A DNA stretch of 64,000 bases from Mustelus asterias (Eukaryota), in NCBI RefSeq assembly GCF_964213995.1, contig NC_135809.1:86552001-86616000 (forward strand). Reading direction: 5' to 3'. The notes beneath the pieces are model-generated. The model made no database searches, was not told the DNA's origin, and worked only from the letters and a program-made list of their open reading frames with translations. Every line of letters begins with the position of its first letter. Position 1 is the stretch's first letter. Positions 23,848 through 37,264 of the stretch are shown here, one piece after another. A program made the translations under genes and the position numbers.

Positions 23848-24462
23848 ACTTTCAGTGGATGTACATTGTGTGAACGCTAGCATCCTTAACAAAGTAGCTT
23901 CCAGCGTAACTCCTACCAGAAGTGTACCAGGGATGGTATTTTGAACCTCTGAGGCCACCCATAGCACCCAAAAAGCAGGTGCTATACATTCGAGTTTTAC
24001 ACCTATGGTGTCCAGAGCAGTTTATCACCAAAGTCTTCATTCTCAAAGTCCAGTGAGCTGTTGCATTGTGAATACTGGAATATCTAAAAGGGAGTGAGTG
24101 GCTGTTGGTGATGCGGGGGTGGGGAGTGCGGGGTGGTGGTCATCAATTGTATCAAGTTATAAATCGACAGGAAATCCTGAAGCCCTTGGCAGAATAAATA
24201 TACTGACAGCAGAAAAAGATAGGACTTAAACCAAGGAGAAAGGACTTTGAATTGTGCCACAGTGATATGCATGAGGGTGAAAAACTGCTCTGGAAACTCT
24301 AGGTGCAAAACTCGGATGTGTAGCTCCTGCTTTTTGGATGCTATGGATGGCCTTGGAGGTTCAAAGTACAGGTACACTTCTGATGTCAATTGCACTGGAA
24401 GCTACTTTGTTAAGAACACTAGCACAAACACAATGTGCATCCGCTGAAGATATGCAAAGTAG
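23845..24462. repeat. old foldback/MITE with ~180-bp degenerate inverted arms
   Basis: ~23850-24030 is the reverse complement of ~24275-24450 (e.g. TTAACAAAGTAGCTTCCAG / CTGGAAGCTACTTTGTTAA). Confidence 0.8.
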
Positions 24463-24883
24463 ACAGATCATGACAACATTCAGCATTATTCCATAGCAGC
24501 TCCCCCACAAGTTCATGAATTCCTGGAGCAGTTTTATGGTCCCAAGATAAGGGAAAACTGAGAGGACATATTTGTTATTGAGGGATGTAGCATAATTTTA
24601 GAGAAATTAATCAATAAAAATGGAAGGAATAGTGATTACAGGGATTCCTAATGGGAGGATCATTGCCTCCTCTGTGGAATGTTAAGGGATGGAGGTAAGG
24701 ATTGGAAGCCTTAAGGAAAAAGACAGTGTACTTTGACACAGAATTCTTGAAGAAGAAAAAGAAACAAAAAATCACTTGTAACTTTTGTAATCACATTAAG
24801 TTTCAACTTTTCAGTTAAGTAACTTTACAAAGTTACTCCTGGCTATCAGGGGTAGCATTGGTGAATGTAATGTTTGAAGTTGA

Positions 24884-25458
24884 GGGCGGCACAATGGTTA
24901 GCATTGCTGCCTCAGTGCCGGGGACACAGGTTCAATTCCGGCCTTGGTCACTGTCTGTGCGGGGTTTGCACTTCTTCCCTGTATTTGGGTGGGTTTACTG
25001 CAGTTTCTTCCCACAGTCCAAAGACATGCGGGTTAGGTTGATTGGATATGCTAAAATTGACCCTGATGTCAGGGGAAAATGGATTGTGAGAATAGAGCCT
25101 GGATGGAACAGACCCGATGGGCCAAATGGCCTCTTTCTGTACTGTAGGGATTCTATGGGATGGCACATGGTTAGCACTCTGCCTCACAGTGCCAGGGACC
25201 CGGGTTCAATTTCAATCTTTGGTGACTGTTTGCATGCTCTCCCCATGTCTGTGTGGGTTTCCTCCGGGTGCTCCAGTTTCCTCCCACAGGCCAAAGATGT
25301 GTGGGTTAGGTGGATTAGCCATTCTAAATTGACCCTTAGCATTAGGGAGATTAGCAGCGTAAATACGTGGGATTGCAGGGATAGGGTCTGGGTAGGATTG
25401 TTGTTCGTGCAGTCTCGATGGGCTGAATGGCCTCTTTCTGCACTGTAGGGATTCTATG
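24884..25458 (+). mobile_element. two HE1-like SINEs head-to-tail (24884-25157, 25158-25458)
   Basis: two tRNA heads, two V domains and two CTGTAGGGATTCTATG tails. Confidence 0.88.
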
Positions 25459-25864
25459 TTATTAAACATAATTTGAACACTGCCACCTGTATCTAGGCTG
25501 ATAACACCACTTGGATACCACTATTTGATTATCACTGTTTCTTCCAGAATAATACCAGAATGACCATTCTTATGTGCAGGAACACAGCATTGAGTTTGTC
25601 CAAATTTGTTTCCCCCACCAAGTACAATTTGCCTGCAATCAGGCTGAAGAGGACCCGAAAATCAACAATCAAACCAAACTGAGCTTGTGTTGCATGGTGG
25701 CTGGGAGTTTTGCCAATGCTTCATAGCTTTGTCCATTTTTTCTGTAAGAGTGGTAAATACATACTGCTTTGTATATGTGATCCTTTAACTCTCTATTTAA
25801 TTTTTATTCTTTACCACTTTTGAAACTGAGCACAGATAATAAGGTTGTACACAAGGTACCAGCG

Positions 25865-26045
25865 GTAGAAATTTGCCTCAGGCCTGGTGTTAAACAGGTG
25901 AAACCGATTGACCTCCCGATATACACTGCCAGTGATATTCAGTTCCATTGCAGACAATGGAATTAAATATCAAGCAGTGTGTGTAATAGCTGGCCGATCT
26001 AATACTGCACATTGGCACCAGTGCCCCAAGACAGATTTCTAGCCC
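25865..26045. mobile_element. MITE (relative at ~55840-56036)
   Basis: GGTAGAAATTTG...AGATTTCTAGCCC ends; shared centre GTTCCATTGCAG(A/T)CAATGGAATT. Confidence 0.6.
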
Positions 26046-27688
26046 CTCATGTTTAACAGTAGTTGTAGGGCTGAAGGGTCTCTATCACATTTGAAATGGT
26101 GGACAAAAAAAATATTTTAAGTGATTTGATTACCTTTTTGACTTTTGGTTGTCCTCGCCAGCTATTTAGCAATGATTGTTTCACACAGCATTAGCAGCCT
26201 CAGACTGGCAGCTTTACAACTATTTTCATGCTTTTGATTCACATGGTTCCCCCCTCTTCATTACTGATTGGCTCAAACTGATGTTCAAAAGTGTGATGGA
26301 ATAAGTCAGACATAAGAAGTAAGTCTGACAGATAAGCAATGTGTGCCATAGATAACTGTTTGTAAGTTACCAGTTGATTCTCCCATAGCATTATTTACAA
26401 TCCACGATGTCATAACAATAGGGGTGTTTATACTAATTAAAAGTTGCATCAAGGCCATTAATTTGAAGTGACTGATGCCATTTGGGCCACCCAAGTTCTA
26501 TTACAAGTCCCCAGGAGATTGGCATTTCAATAGCCAATAGATGCCCTACAGGGGTTCTCACCAACGAGGAAGTGGTGGAATGTGAGAGGGCTCTTTGCCA
26601 CACCATGCAGGAATCAACAGACTAAAGAATTGAAGCTCTTTCAATCTCTTTAGTGAGGCTCCATTGATAATAGGAAATTGTAGTTTGCTTTGGGGCTTTG
26701 GCGGCACTGCTTTTGGGGTTTGGCAGAATTGCAGTTGGGTTTCTAGAACTTGGCAGTGTGGGGAATCCCCTGGCATCACGATAGATCTGTCTCTCTGATT
26801 TTGTCCCTCTGTGCCTGCCACTGATTCTTTTTCTTGTTTGCACCTGACATATCCAGATACTAGACGAATTTGTAGCTCTTCAGCCAGAATCCCATCAAAG
26901 TTACAGTCAGAATGGGAAAGGCTGCAGATTTTCGGGCACTAAAATGCTTCTTTTCTAACTGTCATCATAACAGAAATGGCAATTAGGAGATAATTTGAGA
27001 CCTTTAATATTCAACAAAGTTGTTTTGTTTTAGTGAATTCATAAGGATGACTAAAAATATTTGGGCCCTCCCTCAATCTAATAAACTTTTCTAGAATTTT
27101 TTAGAACACAACACAAAAGCTATAACAGGTCTGTTAGCAGTTTTTTTTTGTTTCGCTTTTTCTCTGTGTCTCGCTTACTCTCTTTCAATCTCTTTCTTTC
27201 TCGCACATAAAACAGCTTGAGCATTGCAGGTTGGTGATCATGTCAGTGTTGGAAGATCCATCCATAAACATCACATTACAGATAAAGTGGAGCAACTGCA
27301 CATGAATATTTTCACATGAAAATCTCCATAAGAATGTTTATATAGGACTTGTCAATAGAACAAGTGATATATGTACCAATTTTAGTAGAATAGATACCTG
27401 GATAAGTTCCCATGATACACATTTACATCTTACAAAACACAAACCATCAGAGTTTCCTCCTGCCGGAGGAACAGTGTCAAGTTTTCAAGTTGTGGCATTT
27501 TACTTCTCAGGCAGATGGTCATGGATCTAATTAAGTAAAAATCTAGTGCCGAATTTGGAAAGCTCCATTGTCTGAGATCCAGTCCTTCAGAAAAGCCATT
27601 AAAACAAGGTCCTGATTGAGATGGAGACCCAAGATCCCATAGCAAGGAATTCTCCTGATGGCCTGGACAGTATACTTGCTTCAAATTA

Positions 27689-28028
27689 GGGCGGCATGGT
27701 AGCACAGTGGTTAGCACTGCTGCTTCACAGCTCCAGGGTCCCGGGTTTGATTCCCGGCTCGGGTCACTGTCTGTGTGGAGTTTGCACATTCTCCTCGTGT
27801 CTGCGTGGGTTTCCTCCGGGTGCTCCGGTTTCCTCCCACAGTCCAAAGATGTGCGGGTTAGGTTGATTGGCCAGGTTAAAAATTGCCCCTTAGAGTCCTC
27901 AGATGCGTAGGTTAGAGGGATTAGCGGGTAAATTATGTGGGGGTAGGGCCTGGGTGGGATTGTGGTCGGTGCAGACTCGATGGGCCGAATGGCCTCCTTC
28001 TGCACTGTAGGGATTCTATGATTCTATG
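27689..28028 (+). mobile_element. HE1-like V-SINE, young, full length
   Basis: A/B boxes, V domain, tail GATTCTATGATTCTATG. Confidence 0.93.
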
Positions 28029-28884
28029 TCATTTGCTTTTGGAAAACTTAAGATGATGAATAAAGTAAACCATTTTTTAATTGATGGTGTGTAACTTGAA
28101 CAAACTCAGTTGACTAAGACATAAGGATGGCGCAGAGTTTGAATTACAAATTAGAAATCTTAAACGTGAACTGTCAAAAGAGTGAGAATGGAGAAGAGAA
28201 AGGGAGAGGCGCATTGAGCAGAATATTGCCTACTTAGTTCCTCCTGGAACTGATTTGCACGTCTTGTGGTTGCTCTTTTCCAGAGCAATCTAATTATCAT
28301 TTTGTCTCCGGATTCTTTTACCAATCTGGGAGGATTGGCAAGATGACATGTCCACTATGTTAAAGGAAATGTTTAGAATTAAAGGGTCAGAGTCTAGGTT
28401 AGGATAGCATGCAAAGAACCACACGAATGGGGAGGAGAGCTGGGAAGGCTACTCTTGCCTGGAGATCCTGCTGCACTATCTGATGAGCTGCAGTGAGGTG
28501 AGCTCTCCCAATGGTGGGAGGAAGAAGACAACCTCTCCAACAAAACGGATAAATGAAAGTCAGCAACAGATATGTGGTCCTTCCAAGCTTAAGATGTTGC
28601 AACAAGGAGATCAAAGACTTCAGGAGGGCAGGAAAGATGAATAACAAAATACTTTCAGGTGCCAATTCGCACACTCTGACTTCCCCAATATCCTTCTGCA
28701 CAGCACTTCCTAGAACACACCTTGCAACTGCACTCATTGCTTCCCCTCAAGGCAGCTCGTCATACCCATCCAACACTCACTGTCACCCTCATCCTATTGC
28801 CCTCTCACATTCATATCTCTCAGTGACCCTCCACAACTGTTGTCCTTCCCCTTACAAAAGCCATATTCCCATCACTCTGTTTTG

Positions 28885-29168
28885 TTTAAAGTTTATTTAT
28901 TAGTCACAAGTAAGGCTTACATTAACACTGCAATGAAGTTACTGTGAAATTCCCCTAGTCGCCACAGTCCGGTGCCTGTTCAGGTCAATGCACCTAACCA
29001 GCATGTCTTTCAGAAGGTGAGACGAAACCAGAGCACCCGGAAGAAACCCACACAGACACGGGGAGAATGTGCAAACTCTACCCAAACAGTGACCTAAGCT
29101 GGGAATCGAACCTAGGTCCCTGGTGCTGTGAAGCAGCAGAGCTAACCGTTGTGCTACCGTGCCGCCCC
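28885..29168 (-). mobile_element. V-SINE with alternative (non-CR1) tail
   Basis: HE1-like head and V domain, but tail ...TGTAAGCCTTACTTGTGACTAATAAATAAACTTTAAA. Confidence 0.85.
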
Positions 29169-31499
29169 GTGTACCATGTTTTTGTCTCCTTGCAGGAGAA
29201 GAGAACACAGTACTAGGGGAGAGGCAGAGACCAAACTCACCAGCATTTGACCTGGGGTGGGATTGGGCCTCAGTGACAGACATCTTACTGGCTATTGACA
29301 ATTTGTGTCCATCTGCTCCACTGGGAAGGAGACCTTGTGTCGCTGGTGTCACCTCCTTCCAACTGGATCACAATGTTTATGCCCTAGCTCTGTCCTTTTG
29401 GAGGGGCATGCATCTGAAGGCAGCTAATATTGCTTCTAGCATGGCTCCTGCTACTGGTGGTACTTTTTGGTGTTGGTGCTGGTCTTGCTTTTGCACTTTC
29501 TTCTCAGCAGAGATGCAGGATAGAACTGCATAGGCTTCTGCTCGTGTGATGAATGCTGGCAGCTGGAAAATCTAGCTGAAGTTGAGTGAAGTGTTGGGCA
29601 GGTGATGTGCCTTCCCAAAAGTTGAAAATCTGTCAACATAGATTGACTCTCTGGAAGAAGGCTTTGAACAGCATCCTCTCAATGGCCTGGCTAGACTTTC
29701 CAGTGGAACTGAGCAAAACCTTCCTAGCTTGGCCTTTTCCGTGAGGAAGCACTCCCTGCTGTTCGCGCACCTTGATGATCCTGGCGAAGTGCAGATACAG
29801 TGTGGAAGCCATGCGCTTTGGGGAAAGAAGGACTTCATTGCCTTTTTCATCACCTCCATTACTTTCCTGTCAGACCCCAGAGGGTTCTTTGCAGTATTTA
29901 AAACGTATTGCAGGAAAAGCAGAACGAGGATGGGATGACATCGGAATCCCGACCTGACATCATTTTCCACTTGCCCCCCTAGCTGAGAAATTTCTACCCA
30001 ATATTATGTCAATGATTTGTAACAATGCACACATTGTTACCCAGCCCTTTAAAAAACATGCTCAAATAGGCACAATGCATGTTTTTAAACAGCAGAAGTC
30101 AAAATTGAGTGCCTGCAAAAATAATGTAATGTATGAAGTATTTTGGTTTGAAGTAGTTTGAAGTCACTGCTCCCACTCTCCCAGTAGCAACACTGTACCT
30201 CCTACCAACATTTGACTTCAAGTACAGTTCAGTGCTCAGTCTGCAGGATTAGTGAGTTCATCCTTTTACTTGCTTTCTCTTTTAAATGTGAGGCGCCTTT
30301 GTGCTTTTGGTATTTTCTGTTCTTATTCAGCACAGGGATTTCTTTTTCATTTTTATTCAAGTTTGCGTATCTTTTATTTATCATTGAAAATAAATCAGGT
30401 ACTCTTTCTTTCTAGTTTAACAGAACCAAAATGATTTGAAACAGAATAGTATGATCAGAAAATCTCACATAACTAACTCCCCAGACTGATTCCTGTACAC
30501 CAAGGATCAGAGAGGCACTGCCCTTTCCTGCTTCTCTCCACACCCTCTACACCCCCCCCCCGCTCCTCCTCCTCTCCCCCCCCCCCCCCCCCCTCCCGCC
30601 ATGAATCATAATCTCATTAACCAGCGTCAAGATGTCACAAAAGCATGAGCTATGGAAGGGAAAGAAAAATATGTTTATAAACTGTTTAATTGTTTAAATT
30701 ATTTCTTTGCTTCTGGTGACAGTAAGCCTAAAACAATCAAGTTGAAGGACTTGTTATCCATCATCCAAGGGCAAAGTCAACTCTCCCAGTCACTTCTCCT
30801 TAATGAGATCATTGGATACAGCTGTTATAGTGGCAGGAAGAACTCCAGAAGGGAACTTTATACACCAGTGATGCTGTGTGTTCTGTATCAGTATGAAGTA
30901 ATCGTACCTTCAAAAGCAAACATTTCTGTCCAGCTCAACTCTTATCTTGGGCAGCTGGTGATGTGCGGTAACTCTGTTTTCCTCCTTTCAGGATGGTGGG
31001 TTGTTGCATTTTGCCAGCAGCTTCTTTCTAATTTTCAAACACGTTTTGATTTCAAAACAGATCCCTGGGGTTTCCATCACTCCTATGTTCTCACCTTTCC
31101 ATTAGGGTTTCCTTTGTCTCAGCAATAGATCAGTTCCCTATTTATTTCTTTAACGTTTCCTTCTAATACTTGAATGTGATTATCTACTAATTTAAACCAC
31201 TATACCTGTTGCTGGTTGTTTATCTCTTTCTTCCTGCCCAGCTCCATTTCTCTGATTCGATTAGACCTGCTTATTTTTCAGTTTTGAAGGAAAATATAAG
31301 CCCCCACATGTCAGTCACTTGTTCTCTCCACAGAAGCTGATTGACCTGCTCTGTGTTTCTAGCGTTTTCTGTTGGTAGTTCAGATTGCCAGATGTTTGCC
31401 CTTAAGCCTACTCTGCTCCTAACAGACAGAGTTTATGTTTAGTGTACTGTTTAAAACCCATTAATATTCCCCTGTCACTAACTATATCTGAAATACCCT

Positions 31500-32680
31500 G
31501 TGTTGATAATAGAGCTGAACACACTGTAATTCTGACACATTCATACAATACTTACCCCACCCCCCCCAGTCCCCACAGATGTTGCCCCACCCCCACAACA
31601 TAACTGACCCCCTTATTCCCCCCCACCCGCTACCCAGACCAATCACGGTCCCCTGCCACCCTTTCCCCCCCCCCCCATGATCGCATGCAGATGGCAGTGG
31701 CCACCCCCTGCTTCCCGCCCCCACCAGAGAATGATCTGACCCGCCTCCCTCCCACTCCATACCAGAGAGCCACCTGACCCGCCTCCCTCCCCTCACCCCA
31801 CCAGAGAGCCATCTGACCCACCTCCCTCCCTCCCTCTTCCCCCCCCCCCCCCCCCCCCCCACCATCCCCCACCACCGATCTGAGTCAGAGAGCCACCAGA
31901 AGCTCGGAACTTACCTCCTCAGAAGCTGGAGCACCAGAATCGGATCTTTGTGAACCATGTCTGTTTTGCACCGAATCCAGACAGGCGAACGCACTGGTAA
32001 AGGGGGAAGTGCAGGTAAGTTTGGGCATGCAGCCCATTAAGTCAATTTAAACACGTGCAAATGCATTTAAATTGACGTTGCGCCTGTTTTGGGCACGGTC
32101 CAGACGGTGGCCATTTTTGGCAATTGGTAAAGGGGGAACAGGCGCGGATCGCTCTACACTCTTCACACCCGACTTTACCAAGTTTTCGCTCCCGAAAACA
32201 GACGCAACATGATGGTGAGATTATTGGGCCCAAAGTGTGGGATTTGTGTAAAAACTTTTTTTTCAGTGTGGGTTGCAAAATGAATCTCCCACACTCGATG
32301 CACTGCAGAGTGGGCATTGGCATTTTGCCTCTTGGACACTGCCAGGGGGCCCAGACTGACACTGCCAAGGTGGCAATGCCTAGGGAGCACACACTCCTGG
32401 TGCCTGTCCCCCTGGGGGGCCTTGATTGCCCCCCCCCCCTTCACTCCAGCAGGGTCGGGCCGCCAGCTCCCCGCAAAGTGGAAATTTCAGTTCCGGGCAC
32501 GCTAATTGGATTTAAATTAGGTTCAAATTAGGGGCTGCATGCATTGACGGTGCCGAAAATCGATGCTGGGAGAGACACAGAGGCCCAGATGCCTCGCACG
32601 AATTGCACGAATCAGCCACCGCTCGAGTCTCCAGGCCTGCTGCACTAAAAAGCAGCGCAATGGGATGGGAGAATTGCTCT
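31500..32680. repeat. GC-rich non-autonomous repeat cluster with C-rich tandem units (31723-31836)
   Basis: three or four CCAGAGAGCCA(C/T)CTGACCC(G/A)CCTCCCTCCC-like units, poly-C tracts, CpG-rich flanks. Confidence 0.55.
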
Positions 32681-33514
32681 CATTGTGCATAGGTCTAGTT
32701 GAAGAGCTAGCACATGCACAGAGTGTTGAATAGGTATACTTTCTGTAATTTCTATAATCGAGAGGTTTTGTTAAATTGCTATGTAGGAATAACAGGTGAG
32801 TGGGAAATCAGTGTCTATAATAGCTTGAAGACTCCTGTCAAAAGAAAGTGGCAATCAGGACCAACAGCATTTAAACAAGAGGATCTCAGATTTCAAGCTG
32901 GCTTCCATGTAGTAAGGTTGGCGGTTTGAAGCAGCTTGGTTAAACACATTCACTGCATTGGATACAAGGGACTTAATGGCCTCCTGTGTGATAAATTTTC
33001 TAATTACCAAATGAGGGTTATGCCTATCACAAACACTGGAATCTTGATTAGGTCATCTAAATAGGCCAGACAGAAACAAAAAATTCACAGGGTCACTGCA
33101 GGTCAACAAAGAGGATGTGTGGTTATCGTCAAGAAAGTGAACCTAACTGTTTTTATTTTCACAGCTGAAACTATTTGTTTTGAAAGTGGATTAAGCCCAA
33201 AATTGATCACTGGTTGCAAATATTGACCTCCAGGACAAAGTGAGAAGACCTATGGTGAGTCACTTTAAGCACAAATAACAAGTGCAACCAAAATGTATCT
33301 GCAACTGATTCAGGACTATTTTTAATCTGAGCATTGCCTTGCACTTTGCTAGTTCAATGACACCCTGTCAAATTACACACTACATGTGTCCTGCCCAAGA
33401 AGTTGGAACTGCGAATATGAATGGTCCATGCAAACTATAGAGTGTAATTAAAACACCATCTGTTTTACTTGGTTTATAAAACAGCCCACATCCAATAGTG
33501 TCCATCAGTTGTTT

Positions 33515-34822
33515 TTGATTTGATCTGATATGTTATTGTCCGGTTTATTAGTATACAGTGAAAAGTATTGTTTCTTGCGTGCTATACAGACAAAGCAGAC
33601 CATACATAGAGAAGGAAAGGAGAGAGTGCAGAATGTAGTGTTACAGTCATAACTAGGGTCATAGCTAGCCAGAGAAAGATCAACTTAGTGCGAGGTAGGT
33701 CCATTCAAAAGTCTGATGGCAGCAGGGCAGAAGCTGTTCTTGAATCAATTGGTACATGTCCTCAGACTTTTGTATCTTTTTCCCGACGGAAGGAGGTGGA
33801 AGAGAGTATGTCCGGGGTGCGTGGGGTCCTTGATTACGCTGGCTGCTTTTCCAAGGGAAGTGTAGACAGAGTCAACGGATGGGAGGCTGGTTTGTGTGAT
33901 GGACTGGTCTTCATTCACGACCCTTTGTAGTTTTTTGCGGTCTTGGACAGAGCAGGAGCCATATCAAGCTCTGTTACAACTGGAAAAGTTGGTGAGAGTC
34001 GTAGCAGACATGCCAGATTTCCTTAGCTTCCTGAGAAATTAGAGGCGGTGGGCTTTCTTAATGATAGCATTGGCATGGGGGGACCAGGACAGGTTGTTGG
34101 TGATCTGGACACCTAGAAACTTGAAACTCTCAACCATTTCCACTTCGGCCCCATTGATGTAGACATGGGCATGCCCTCCACAACATTCCTGAAGTCGATG
34201 ACTATCTCTTTCATTTTGTTGGCATTGAGGGAGAAGTTATTGTAGTTGCACCAGTTCACCAGATTCTCTGTCTCTTTTCTGTACTCCGTCTTGTCATTGT
34301 TTGACAACCCACTATGGTTCTGTCATCAGCAAATTTGCAAATCAAGTTGGAGGGGAATTTGGCCACACAGTCATAAGGAGTATAGTAGGTGCTGAGGACA
34401 CAGCCTTGTGGGGCACCGGTGTTGAAGATGCTCATGGAGGAGGTGTTGTTGCCTATCCTTATTGATTGCGGTCTGTGGGTTAGGAAGTCTAGGATCCAGT
34501 TGCAGAAGGAGGAGCTGAGCCCTAGGCCACGGAGTTTGGAGATGGATTTTGTAGGAATAATGGTGCTGAAGGCTGAGCTGTAGTTAATAAATAGGAGTCT
34601 GACATAGGTGTCTTTGTTATCTAGGTGTTCCAGGGTTGAATGTAGGGCCAGGGAGATGACGCCTGCTGTGGACCTGTTGCGGCGATAGGCAAACTGTAGT
34701 GGATCCAGGCAATCCGGGAGTCTGGAATGGATTTGTGCCATGACTAACCTTTCGAAGCACTTCATAAAATGATGGATGTCAGAGCCACCGGATGATAGCC
34801 ATTAACGCATTCTGCCTGGCTT
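33515..34822 (-). mobile_element. Rex1/Babar-like LINE, 5' truncated
   Basis: MKCFERLV...[14 protein letters not shown]...[13 protein letters not shown]...GAPQGCVLS...KFADD; (TCAAA)n tail. Confidence 0.92.
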
Positions 34823-34834
34823 TTCACATGGAAA

Positions 34835-35260
34835 CAGTGCCGGATTTAGGCATAAGCTAAACAAACTACAGCTTAGGGCCTCACAATCTGCAGGGGCCTC
34901 AAAATTTCAGAAGGTTTGCAATGAAGAGAACATTTAAGAGCGGATACCAGAAAAGAAAAAGAAAGCACCAGCTTGAAGAGCAACTCAAAAAATTACCAAA
35001 ATCTATGAGAGAAATCAAGCCAGCCAAATGATAAATATGTAATCAGTAAATGCATTCATTTGAAAATAATTTGTATTTTTCATTTTAAATACCTTGCTAT
35101 TAAATAATTAAAAGGCATAATTATGTTTTCAATTTTTTTGTGGCGACCCAAGGTCCTGTTTTGGTACGCACCTTTGTGACACTTTTTGGTGTAACTTTTT
35201 AACAAGGGGCCTCCAAGCTTTATATAGCTTAGGGCCTCACCAAGTCTAAATCTGACACTG
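34835..35260 (+). mobile_element. 426-bp hAT MITE, copy 2
   Basis: TIRs CAGTGCCGGATTTAG / CTAAATCTGACACTG; TSD CATGGAAA / CGTGGAAA. Confidence 0.92.
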
Positions 35261-35859
35261 CGTGGAAAGCTTTACCCATGAAAACATATAGACCCGTAAC
35301 TCCCTGGTTCCCCAGTGTCGCATTTGAGAGGTACCTCAATGATGTGTTGGGGAATCCCTCTAGGAAGTTCCTGTGTCAGGGTTAACCCAGAAGAGCTAAC
35401 TTCCTCTGGACAATTGCATTGGGCTGGGAACCATCTGACAGAAACGATTAAAATCGCTAACTTCGGATGGTTCTGCTAGTTTTACTCTGAAAGGGTTAGA
35501 AGGAAAAAATAAACACTTCTAACTCAAGAGTAACTATCTAGACAACCCCCCCCCCCCACCACCACCCCATAAACCACTTACCTTTGAAACTTACCTGCTC
35601 CCTTGTCCCTTTAGACATTTCCTTTATGACAGCTACTGCTGTAAAAAGGGGGCTATCCTTGCCCTTCTATGCTCCGGTTACTCCATACCATTGCTGCTGG
35701 GGGTGCACTACACTGCTCCTGTCTCACCCAGCCTGAGTGTGAAAGGTTGCGCAAGACAGGAACTTCGGAATCCCAGCGTGGATAAGTCTGTCAAGAATGG
35801 CAGAGATTGCCAATCTGCGGCTGTTATGACCCATAATCTCTTTCTAACTCCCATGCATC

Positions 35860-36160
35860 CATGTACAGTGCAGAAGGAGACCATTTGGCCCATCAAGTCT
35901 GCACTGACCACAGTCCCATCCAGACCCTATTCCTGTAACCCCAACTTCGAGTCCCTCTGACACTAAGGGGCAATATTCCATAGCCAATCAACCTAACCCG
36001 CACATCTTTGGAGAGTGGGAGGACACCAGAGCACCCAGAGGAACCCTATGCAGACACGGGGAGAAGGTGCAAACTCCACACAGACAGTAACCCAAAGCCA
36101 GAATTGAACCCAGGTCCCTGATGTTGTAAGGCAGCAGTGCTAACCACTGTGCCACCATGC
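35860..36160 (-). mobile_element. HE1-like V-SINE
   Basis: reverse-complement head, V domain and CR1-type tail. Confidence 0.85.
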
Positions 36161-36449
36161 TTTGTAGTCACAGAAGGGTGTGAACGAACACCTGAAGATG
36201 TGTGGAGCAATTGAAACAAGATTGTTTTGAAATGCTCGAATACCGAGACTTGACACAGCACAATATCACCAATACAAATTATACAGTGCAAATGTCCTCC
36301 TCAAGAGTAGAGCACCACTCATACGAATAATTCATTCAAACTAAAACAATATCTGGTGTTCCTGGTCAGCAAAACAAACTGCATGTCCTCTGGTGTACAT
36401 TTATCACACTTGTATCACACATTACGGTGAACATCACATGACCTCTTTC

Positions 36450-36870
36450 TGCTGTAGCAATAACTTGTATTTATGTAGAGCCTTTCGCGAAATGTTTTGG
36501 GATGTTTTAGTGTGTTTAGAGTGCCATTGAGCAAAATGTGACACCAAACCACACCAAAAGATATTGGGATAGATGACCAAACATTGATCAAAATGTAGGC
36601 TTTAAGGAGCGGCTTAAGGGAGAAGAGAGAAGTATAGGGATGGTGTGATTCAAGAGGGAATTCCAGAGTTTAGGGCCTACACAGCTGAAGGCACCATCGC
36701 CTGTGCTGGGCTGATGAAAATGGGGATATGCTAGAGGCTGGAATTGGATGAGTGAAGAAATCTCAGGACATTGTGCGGCCAAAGGAGATTACAGAGCTTG
36801 GAGGGGCAAGGTCTTGGAGAGATTTGAAAACAAGGATAAGAATTTCAAAATTGAGGTCTAGCCACACAGC
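36450..36870 (-). mobile_element. L2 3' end fragment (similar pieces at ~40075-40285 and ~45990-46330)
   Basis: GDGAFSCVGPKLWNSL and FEILILVFKSLQDLAP motifs. Confidence 0.75.
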
Positions 36871-37264
36871 CTTGAAGCAGTAGCAAGCAACTGTCCCCAA
36901 AGATCTTGAACATCCTGGTCCTGTAAAAGACACCAAAACTAGTGCCACTGGGTCATATCTGTATAGCAACAGCAATACAGGTGTCTTCCTCAGAAGGGGA
37001 GATATATTTTATTCAGATTGAGACATATGCAAAAATGTAGAACTACTAAATCATCATTTGATTTCTCTCATTGATTATGCTGTAAACACCCTGCATATTC
37101 AAAGAAATAGGAGCTGTTCTTGCTAAACTGTAGATCGTTCCAATGGAATAGAGGGTAGCCAAGATTTAAAAGGGCCAGAAGCTAGAATCAGGAAATCACA
37201 GGCCCATCAGCTGGACAGAGCATTATACAAGTCAGCAGAACATTAGGGATGCACTCTCCAACTA

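Noticed and set aside
30652-31128. 158-aa ORF in apparently unique sequence
   Set aside because: No recognisable domain or exon context; within the size range expected by chance in 64 kb
31723-31836. Repeat-spacer (CRISPR-like) array
   Set aside because: Degenerate low-complexity tandem units with no unique spacers and no cas genes; eukaryotic context
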